This document shows, in pieces, positions 56,555-64,000 of a stretch of 64,000 bases of DNA. The notes below the pieces were generated by a model that made no database searches, was not told the origin of the DNA, and saw only the letters and a list, made by a program, of their open reading frames with translations. This DNA comes from an uncultured Cytophagales bacterium. Lineage in GTDB: Bacteria > Bacteroidota > Bacteroidia > Cytophagales > Thermonemataceae. A program made the translations under genes and the position numbers. The number at the start of each line of letters is the position of its first letter. Position 1 is the first letter of the stretch. Location of the stretch: assembly GCA_938002655.1 (NCBI GenBank), contig CALLAC010000002.1, positions 20,823 through 84,822 on the forward strand. The letters run 5' to 3'.

Positions 56555-58672
56555 ATGCTTTTGCGAAAAAATGCTGTTATTGCCTCTTCTATTAGCTTTT
56601 TTGTTACTTTTATCATTTCACTCTACATTTGGGGCTTTCAGATGCCCTCGGTTACGCTTCTGAAAAGTTTAGGTTTAGCTTGGTTTATTTTGCTTTTACC
56701 TCAATTTTTATCCAAACCTTCCAAACCTATCTGGTGGCGAACTTACAGCCTGCAAAGTGTGTATTTGCTTTTAAGCCTTGCAAGTTTAGGATTTCTGAAA
56801 CGCTATGCAGAATGGATAGGATTTTTGAGTTGGGTTACTGCTCTGTTGGGTATTCTTGTTGGCTTATACACTTTCGGAGCTATTGCAAGTTCTCGCACTT
56901 TTTACCTGAAAAAAATAGCAGGATATCTATTTTTGGCATTTTTAGTGGGTAGCTACCTGCTGGGGCATATCTACAAATTTGCTTTTTCCCCTATCCTTCT
57001 CGAAAACTTTTCTGCACTAAACGTACCGTATACTTATCTGGACACGGTGTATCATAGTGCCTGTGCCAAAATGCTTCAAACCTATGAAGTTTTTACCACA
57101 GGTTTGGACGGCACTATTCCGATGAACTACAACGTTTTTACGCATTGGCTTAGTAGTCATTTGGCTTATTTCTTTGAAATACCTATTCACCAATACTACA
57201 ACCTCACGTATCCGATTGTATTTTTTGCTTTTTGGGTTTTTACTTTTTTAGAGCTTGTTCAAAAGCTTTTTACTTTTTTTGCTCAAAAAAGAGCTTCTTC
57301 GCTTAGTAACTTACCTACCTCGATTTGGTTTTGGGTAATTTTCTTGTGTATTCTTTTCCCATTGCCCGATAATATTTATACAAGAGGACTTTTAGGATTA
57401 CATTTCACTCAAACACACACTTATACCATTGCTTTGAGCTTGTTTTTTATTTTCATAGAAAGTCTTATTGCTTTTTGGCAGGAAGAAAAAAAACAAGTAG
57501 CTTTTGTATGGTTATTTTTTCCTGTGTTCAGTTTCATTTTAGGAACAGCCCATGTAGCCATTGTAGTAGCTATTACGGCAGGAACAGGCTATTTGTTTTT
57601 ACGAAAAAAGCTTTTTATGAAATGGCATTATTGGATTTGGATTTTGCTTGTACTATTCAATTTAGTGATTTGCTATTTTTTTACAGCCGAAACTATTCCT
57701 TTCAGTGGTCGGGAAAAAAGCTACGAGGGACGAGTAGAGTGGTTTCATTTTTTCCGACAGGAACAGTTTGAACCATTCAATTTCTGGGTTATTTTTTATA
57801 GTACTTTGTATTTGGTAACCTTTCTCTATATTTGGAACGAAAAAATTACCTTCAAAAATTGGCTTCGTAGAACTGATACCATTCTTGTTGAATTGCTATG
57901 GGTAGTAGCATTGGCGGGCATAGTTCCCAACATAGTGCTTGCTCTTTATGGTAGTACAGGAATGTATTTTTTGAGCGTACAAAGATTTTTAGCGTCGGCT
58001 TTTTTGCTTGCATATTTTCCCTTTATTCCTACTCTGCATTTTAGCTTTTGGAAATGGCTCAAATATCCTGTATTTATAGGAATAGCCTTGCTGATGTACA
58101 TGATGTATCGAAACAATTTCAATGACTCTTGGGAGGCAAATTTTCAAGCTCGCAAAAATATTATGCAAATCAATGATTTTTCTTGGAAAGCTACCCATTA
58201 TATTGAAAATCTATTTCACCCCCAACACCCCGATTGGCAAAAAGCAAAAAGAATATTCAGCGATAGTCTGCAAATCAAAATCCAACAAAATAGCTACTAC
58301 CAATTTATCCAAAAGATTGCAGAACTGGATAAATTATTTATTTCCGAAAAAAAAGAGGCTTTGTTGTATATTCCTTTTCATAAACTTCATTTTCAGCAAT
58401 GGGAAACAATCTTTGCAACCCAAGATGGCATGTATTTGGTGGGTATTTCGGGTCTTGCTCTTCTCAATGGTTTGCCTCATCCCAAATATCCTGTAGGGGC
58501 GTATGGTTTCAGCTATTACGACCATAACTTACGTGAAAAAACCTGGACACAAGGTTTTACAACAGAAGAACTCAAAAAATTAACTCTCCAAAAGGGGTTC
58601 AAATATTTATATGTTTTTCAGCCTGAAAAGCAGGGTTTTGAAAAAATCATTTGCTCTGAGCCAGCAAAATAA
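56555..58672 (+). CDS. Large polytopic membrane protein, possibly GT-C fold
   Basis: Many TMs; periplasmic-type loop with DTVYHS...GLDGTIPMNY; soluble C-terminal domain. Confidence 0.6.
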   Translation: MLLRKNAVIASSISFFVTFIISLYIWGFQMPSVTLLKSLGLAWFILLLPQFLSKPSKPIWWRTYSLQSVYLLLSLASLGFLKRYAEWIGFLSWVTALLGILVGLYTFGAIASSRTFYLKKIAGYLFLAFLVGSYLLGHIYKFAFSPILLENFSALNVPYTYLDTVYHSACAKMLQTYEVFTTGLDGTIPMNYNVFTHWLSSHLAYFFEIPIHQYYNLTYPIVFFAFWVFTFLELVQKLFTFFAQKRASSLSNLPTSIWFWVIFLCILFPLPDNIYTRGLLGLHFTQTHTYTIALSLFFIFIESLIAFWQEEKKQVAFVWLFFPVFSFILGTAHVAIVVAITAGTGYLFLRKKLFMKWHYWIWILLVLFNLVICYFFTAETIPFSGREKSYEGRVEWFHFFRQEQFEPFNFWVIFYSTLYLVTFLYIWNEKITFKNWLRRTDTILVELLWVVALAGIVPNIVLALYGSTGMYFLSVQRFLASAFLLAYFPFIPTLHFSFWKWLKYPVFIGIALLMYMMYRNNFNDSWEANFQARKNIMQINDFSWKATHYIENLFHPQHPDWQKAKRIFSDSLQIKIQQNSYYQFIQKIAELDKLFISEKKEALLYIPFHKLHFQQWETIFATQDGMYLVGISGLALLNGLPHPKYPVGAYGFSYYDHNLREKTWTQGFTTEELKKLTLQKGFKYLYVFQPEKQGFEKIICSEPAK

Positions 58673-59012
58673 TGCCTCCTACAATCAGAAAAGTGCCTGC
58701 AATTTTTTGCCAAGAAAGTGGTTCAGCAAAAAAATAATAGCTTAAAAATAGCACCAATACAAAAGCAATGCTTGTGAAAGGATAGGCAAAAGACAAGTCA
58801 AACTTGGTGAGTGCGGCTATCCAAGTAAAACTTGCCAAAAAAGCCGAAATAAAACTGCTAATCACCCAAAAATCCCAGAAAATCTCCCAAAAATACTGCA
58901 ATTTTGCTAAAAAACCTTCGGGCATTGAGCCTTTGAGGTTCAAACGCCATTTAAGAACAATCTGTCCGTAGACTGTTAGTACAATAGTCAGGGAAATATA
59001 CAAATAGCCCAT
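58647..59012 (-). CDS. Small EamA/SMR-like (ArnE/ArnF-like) membrane protein, possible lipid-linked sugar flippase
   Basis: 121 aa, four TMs; TVYGQIVLK, DLSFAYPF and FFAEPLSWQKIAG motifs. Confidence 0.78.
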   Translation of the reverse strand: MGYLYISLTIVLTVYGQIVLKWRLNLKGSMPEGFLAKLQYFWEIFWDFWVISSFISAFLASFTWIAALTKFDLSFAYPFTSIAFVLVLFLSYYFFAEPLSWQKIAGTFLIVGGIILLAQSK

Positions 59013-59044
59013 AAGATAAAACGCCTTATTTTTTTACAATTGTT

Positions 59045-60046
59045 TCAATTTTTCAGTTGAAAATCTATGGTTTTCAATTCTTCATCTTCCAGAGCTTTTT
59101 CGTAAAGTTTGAAAATTCTATCTTGTGTATCTATGCCTACTCCCCTAATAAATAAGATAGTGTGTTCATGGTGTACTTCCTGGGCAATAGGTATGCCTTT
59201 TTTTTCTAGAAATTTGAATACCAATGGCTTATACTGATTAAACTCTTCTAAAACTTTCCTGAATCGCTCATCAATTTCCTTGTAAATAGCTTTTGCTTCC
59301 GAGTGTAGAACTATTTTTTCATAAATTTTGGGATATTTGTGTTTAGCATATTGTAAGTATTTGAGAATGTAATACTTAAACTCTACGTATGCATGATAAC
59401 TATCGTAATAATTGGAAAAATAACCTTCCCAATGATTTGCATCTTGATAAGACTCTCTTTCATAAAACTCCTTACTTTCAAAAGCTAGCCAAGTTTGATG
59501 ATAAAAAGCGTTCCATTCGTCTAAAAGTCCGAAAAAACCTATTTTCTGAGGAAGCATTGCTAGGTTATTGGTAGCGATGAAAGTTTTATAACGCTCTTTT
59601 TGCAAATGAGTAGGAATAACTTTGGCTATTTCTTGAGCAGGGAAACTAGGGATCATTTCTGTAAAAATTTCTTTGGTGTTGTCAAAATAAAAAAGTAAAT
59701 ATTCTTTGCCTGCCTGAAAAATTTTAGGATTCCTTTCCAAATATCTGTATGCTCCACGGCGGGAATAATCGTGATACATTTCGTGTATCATAAGTGGAAT
59801 TTCGTGAATAATCACATCGCGATGCGTAGTATCGGTAAGATAAATCATAAAATCCAGATGCCTGCCTATATTGATAGTAGCACTTGGCAAATGAACTATG
59901 GAGTTTGTCTGATAATATTTTTCTAAAAGATGGGCATGTTCGCGTGAATACACTCTCAGGAACTGAATGGCATATTTTCTTGCAGAAGTTTGAGCATTTA
60001 CGAACAAAAAAGAAAAATGCCCTAGCAGAAGGAGTAAAATCCTCAT
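59045..60046 (-). CDS. Hypothetical secreted protein with an HExxH motif
   Basis: Signal peptide; IHEMYHDY; downstream LDEWNAF. Confidence 0.65.
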   Translation of the reverse strand: MRILLLLLGHFSFLFVNAQTSARKYAIQFLRVYSREHAHLLEKYYQTNSIVHLPSATINIGRHLDFMIYLTDTTHRDVIIHEIPLMIHEMYHDYSRRGAYRYLERNPKIFQAGKEYLLFYFDNTKEIFTEMIPSFPAQEIAKVIPTHLQKERYKTFIATNNLAMLPQKIGFFGLLDEWNAFYHQTWLAFESKEFYERESYQDANHWEGYFSNYYDSYHAYVEFKYYILKYLQYAKHKYPKIYEKIVLHSEAKAIYKEIDERFRKVLEEFNQYKPLVFKFLEKKGIPIAQEVHHEHTILFIRGVGIDTQDRIFKLYEKALEDEELKTIDFQLKN

Positions 60047-60109
60047 ATATTGATATTTTTTCAGGAAACATGAAAATTCTTACTTACAAATGTAAACAAT
60101 AATTCAAGT

Positions 60110-63100
60110 TTAGCCAAAGGTAAATTTGAGTTTCCAAAAAAGCATTTCCAACCATTTTACAAAGCGTGCCAGCAAACGAAAATACAAGAAAAAGTAAGTG
60201 GCAATTATCATAAGCCACAAAACAGCCAAGTTGAAAGATAAAGTGCTTATCGTTTCATTTACAACTTTTTTATTAGGGGCAAAAAAATGGGCAGAAATAT
60301 CCTGTGCATCAATGTAAATGGCATTTGCGATGGGCTCTATATGTTTTTGCAAAACAACTAATTTTTGCTCGCTATCTAGCTGTTTTACCAAACGAGCTAG
60401 GGCTTCGTTATGATACAGGCGACGAAGATTGTGATGGGCAGGGTTTTCGCGTAAAAAATTATCCTTAGCTTTTGAGGCAACTTGTTGTTCTTGCTTGTAA
60501 TATTTTCGGATATTTTTGAAAATCTTTTCCATTTGTTTGTAAGTTCCTGCAATATTTTTCTCTTCAGTGAGAGCGTAAAGGGTAGGAATTTCCTTTCTAT
60601 CAATTTTTTCTAATTCTTTGGTCAGTTCGTTCCGAATGAGCCAGAAAGTCTGCCCCGACTGATACGGATTGCTTCGGGCTTTATCTAAAAGTTTTTGTAA
60701 TTCGGGCAAATAAAATACTTTTTTATATTCGGCGGTTGCTATGATTTTATCATAAGCATACAAGGGTTTTTGGTAGGCATTTTCCTTAAATTGTACTACC
60801 ATCAGAGCCTCAAAAGCCCAACGCGATGCTAAAAGTTCTGAAAACCAAGGAATATGGTCTTGGGCAGAAAACTTGAACTCAGGATTAACTTTATCAAAAC
60901 GAATTACAATGCCTCCTAAAACTAGTTGCGGAATGAGTAATAAAGGTATGAGAATATACACCGTAACCGCAGATTTGAAAGAGTCTGAAATCAGCAAGCC
61001 TAAGACATTGGCAAAAGCCGAACAAGAAAAAAGCACTATAAAATACTCCCAAGTCATTCCACGAATTTCTAAAATACTATTGCCTATCCATACCAAAGCC
61101 AAAATTTGTACAAAAGAAAGTGTAAAAAGTACTGCCGCTTTGGCAAGCAAATAGCTATTACGGCTCAGATGCAAAAAAGCTTCTCTTTTGAGAATTTTTC
61201 TATCGCTGATAATCTGCTCGGCACTCCCTACCAAACCCGAAAACAATGCCACAATAATTGCAATAAAAATATAAGCTGGGATATTTTCGTTTTCGCCAAA
61301 TGTGTAAGGCTTATTAGGCTCGTGATAACGATTTACGTAAGCTAAGCCAAAAGCCAAAAGCGGTGCTTGCAACAAATTGACAAGCAGGTATTGTGAATGA
61401 TTAATTTTGTTCTTTAAATCTCTTTTGAAAAAAATGAAAAATTGTCTAATTCGACTAGGCGATTGGATACGCTGGTTGGGGATTTCGCCTTGAATGAAGA
61501 CATCATTTCTGGCTTGGCTTTCTATTTCTTTCTGATAAGTTTCATACCATTGTTGGGGTGAAATTTTTCTTTTTTCTGTAAAACGTCCATATTCATTGAC
61601 AATTTTGGCAGAGATAATATCAAAAATTTGTCCTACATCAATATTTCCACACTCACTGCACTCGCCTTGGCTACGGCTTACTTGCCTTGCGTGCTTACGA
61701 AAATACGGCACAGCATCAATCGGACTACCATAATAAATCGGGTAGCCTCCTGTATCGATAATGAGTAATTTATCAAACATTTTGAAAATAGTTGATGAAG
61801 GCTGGTGAATTACTACTATTACAAGTTTGCCTTCTAGGGCAAGCTCTTTGAGCAAATCCATAATGTTTTCTGAATCGCGAGAAGAAAGCCCCGAAGTAGG
61901 TTCATCGACAAAAAGGATCGCAGGTTTGCGTAATAGTTCCAAGCCAATATTCAAACGTTTTCTTTGCCCGCCGCTGATGGTTCTTTCCAGAGGTGAGCCA
62001 ACTTGTAAATGAGCTACTTCTTGCAAGCCTAAACGTCTTAAAACCTCTTCTACACTTGCCTGTATTTGTGTTTCGTTTTGGTTGCCCAAACTCAATTTTG
62101 CTGCATAATAAAGGTTATCATATACACTCAGATGTTCTATGAGCAAATCATCTTGTGGCACATAGCCGATAATGCCTTCTAATTTTTCTTGATGTACATT
62201 ACGCCCATTGATAAGCACTTTGCCGCTATGCGGTTTCAAATTTCCGTTTAGTACTTCTAAAAGCGTAGATTTTCCTGCACCGCTCTCGCCCATGATACCT
62301 AAAAGTTTACCACCACTTTCAGCAAAGCTGATTTCTCGAATGCCATTTTTTTTATTTGCAAAAAGATATGTTACATGTTTTGCTTCTAGATAAATTTTCT
62401 GCTCTTGCTTGGTTTTTCGGAAAATGCTCACTATATCGCTGTAATAAATTGCCTCTATGCGTCCTCCTCTGATGACACTACCTGGCGAAAGGAAATAAAT
62501 ATACCCGCTTTTAAGCAAAAAGCCATTCAGATAGTAATCTTGCTCGCCAATGTATTTGAAAAGATAAGTTTCCAGATTTGGTACTCGCAAAACAAGCATA
62601 AATCCTTGCAGATGAGGCTGATGCAAATGATAGGCATAATGAATATTGGCAAAAGGTGTAATGTAGAGCGTATTTTCAAGGAAATGCTTTTCAATGTAAT
62701 CAATGGTGATAAAGTTGATAAAATTTTCTACTTCGCTTTGCTCGAAATTGAAAATAGCGGCAACAGTATGAATGAACTCCCATTCATTAGAGCTAATTTC
62801 GCCATCGGCGGCGATAAGTTCAACCATTTTGATAAGGGCAACGAGTTTTTGCTGTTGGGTAAGCTCCTGATTGATACGCGTGCATATCACGAGCATACGC
62901 GACGAAATACGCATGCTTGTAAGTTTTAAGCCACTATCATCAGTTTCTACGGTACGAAGTTTAGAAAATTCCTCAAAAATGAGCAAATATTTATGCACCT
63001 GTTCGGGGCTGAGATGCTCTTGCAAAAAATTTTCTACCAAATTTCTATAAGTGGGTTGTGTGCCTTCCAAAGAAGCCGTAATACCAAATAGTTGCATTAG

Positions 63101-63124
63101 GGCTTTGAGTATCTCCTCAGTCAT
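60110..63124 (-). CDS. ABCG/White-type half transporter with N-terminal TerB-like domain (paralog 2)
   Basis: ADGEISSNEWEF TerB-like region; GESGAGKS, ISGGQRKR, ILFVDEP and IHQP motifs; ABC-2-type membrane domain; same architecture as 21388-24399. Confidence 0.85.
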   Translation of the reverse strand: MTEEILKALMQLFGITASLEGTQPTYRNLVENFLQEHLSPEQVHKYLLIFEEFSKLRTVETDDSGLKLTSMRISSRMLVICTRINQELTQQQKLVALIKMVELIAADGEISSNEWEFIHTVAAIFNFEQSEVENFINFITIDYIEKHFLENTLYITPFANIHYAYHLHQPHLQGFMLVLRVPNLETYLFKYIGEQDYYLNGFLLKSGYIYFLSPGSVIRGGRIEAIYYSDIVSIFRKTKQEQKIYLEAKHVTYLFANKKNGIREISFAESGGKLLGIMGESGAGKSTLLEVLNGNLKPHSGKVLINGRNVHQEKLEGIIGYVPQDDLLIEHLSVYDNLYYAAKLSLGNQNETQIQASVEEVLRRLGLQEVAHLQVGSPLERTISGGQRKRLNIGLELLRKPAILFVDEPTSGLSSRDSENIMDLLKELALEGKLVIVVIHQPSSTIFKMFDKLLIIDTGGYPIYYGSPIDAVPYFRKHARQVSRSQGECSECGNIDVGQIFDIISAKIVNEYGRFTEKRKISPQQWYETYQKEIESQARNDVFIQGEIPNQRIQSPSRIRQFFIFFKRDLKNKINHSQYLLVNLLQAPLLAFGLAYVNRYHEPNKPYTFGENENIPAYIFIAIIVALFSGLVGSAEQIISDRKILKREAFLHLSRNSYLLAKAAVLFTLSFVQILALVWIGNSILEIRGMTWEYFIVLFSCSAFANVLGLLISDSFKSAVTVYILIPLLLIPQLVLGGIVIRFDKVNPEFKFSAQDHIPWFSELLASRWAFEALMVVQFKENAYQKPLYAYDKIIATAEYKKVFYLPELQKLLDKARSNPYQSGQTFWLIRNELTKELEKIDRKEIPTLYALTEEKNIAGTYKQMEKIFKNIRKYYKQEQQVASKAKDNFLRENPAHHNLRRLYHNEALARLVKQLDSEQKLVVLQKHIEPIANAIYIDAQDISAHFFAPNKKVVNETISTLSFNLAVLWLMIIATYFFLYFRLLARFVKWLEMLFWKLKFTFG

Positions 63125-63160
63125 AGTGTCGTAGCTTTGCCAAAGGCAAGATAGAAAAAC

Positions 63161-64000
63161 TTACTTAAAAAGCAAAAAAGGACGGAAAAATAAAAGCAAA
63201 ATCAGAAGCAATAAAAGTGATACCGAGCAATACAGATGTAAGTTTTTCTGCTTTTGAAAATTTTTGCTAGTTCTAAAAAAAGCGAAAAATGGAATTTTCA
63301 GATAGTAAAACAATGCTAAAAATGTAGCCAACAACCCAAGCACAAGCCAAACCAATAAAACACTTTCTTGCGAGTTTTGATATTTTTCCCAAAGTAGAGA
63401 AAAAAGCAAGAATTTGGCTGTAAAACCTGCCGTAGGGGGCAAACCCGCAAGTGTCAGAAATCCAACAAACATGGCTATCATCAAGAAAGGGTCTTTTTGT
63501 CCTAACCCTTCAAATGCTTGAATTTCGGCAATCTGATGTTTGGTTTCGTAATGCTCCGCCAAAGCAAAGAGTAAAAAGTTCGCTAGTACATACACCAACA
63601 AGAAAAATAAAAGGATTTTTTCATCATTGCGTTGGTGCAAGTTGGTAGCTATAAGCAAAAAGCCTGCATTTGCTACCGAACTATACGCAAGCATACGCTT
63701 GAGATTTTTCTGCCAAAAAGCTACAAGATTACCTACAAAAATGCTTGCCAGTGCTACTACAAAAAATATCTGTGGCAAGGCAGGTAGTATCGGCTTGTAG
63801 GCAAGTGAAACTTTGTACAACACTGCTGTACCTGCAATTTTGGGAGTAGTAGCTAAAAATGCCGTTACCGAAGTAGGAGCGATTTGGTAGGCGTCGGGTG
63901 TCCAGATATGCCAAGGAAATGCAGAAATTTTAAGCAAAAAGCCTGAAAGTACCAAAATAAAAGCTACATAAGCTAGTTTTATGTTGTTGATTTTCCAAAA
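63161..64000 (-). CDS. nuoN: NADH-quinone oxidoreductase subunit N, C-terminal part (frame is open to the window edge)
   Basis: FPWHIWTPDAYQIAPT, KRMLAYSSVANAG and LAGLPPTAGFTAKF motifs. Confidence 0.92.
   Translation of the reverse strand, partial: FWKINNIKLAYVAFILVLSGFLLKISAFPWHIWTPDAYQIAPTSVTAFLATTPKIAGTAVLYKVSLAYKPILPALPQIFFVVALASIFVGNLVAFWQKNLKRMLAYSSVANAGFLLIATNLHQRNDEKILLFFLLVYVLANFLLFALAEHYETKHQIAEIQAFEGLGQKDPFLMIAMFVGFLTLAGLPPTAGFTAKFLLFSLLWEKYQNSQESVLLVWLVLGLLATFLALFYYLKIPFFAFFRTSKNFQKQKNLHLYCSVSLLLLLILLLFFRPFLLFK

Noticed and set aside
1-64000. CRISPR array, IS element, prophage or rRNA
   Set aside because: No regularly spaced repeats, transposase, integrase, phage structural genes or rRNA-like sequence were seen.

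Overview
AT-rich bacterial chromosome segment from a Bacteroidota genome, most likely Cytophagales (inference from two T9SS-type C-terminal cargo domains, TAnnTTTG/TTTG promoter elements and the absence of Shine-Dalgarno motifs). It is mostly a mosaic of housekeeping genes: uvrA (partial), murA, folD, pbpC, coaBC, ppa, ung, dapA, murB, trpB, gpmI, dnaG, degP and nuoN (partial), plus a CAU-anticodon tRNA. Envelope and accessory genes are mixed in. I saw no CRISPR array, IS element or prophage. Most notable observations: (1) a repeated tandem-operator promoter architecture (TGCAAC-N3-GTTGCA boxes overlapping the -33 and -7 elements) upstream of both a TonB-dependent receptor/His-rich lipoprotein operon and a MerC-like gene, with a His/Cys-rich Fur-family gene in the same window, suggesting a metal (probably Zn) regulon; (2) two paralogous ~1000-aa TerB + FHA-like + ABCG/White-type half transporters with a conserved CxxC motif; (3) an unannotated DNA adenine methyltransferase remnant whose SAM-binding motif is scrambled by two compensating frameshifts, and a Uma2 endonuclease pseudogene; (4) a nested REP-like palindrome. 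All family calls come from recognising motifs by eye; no database searches were run.
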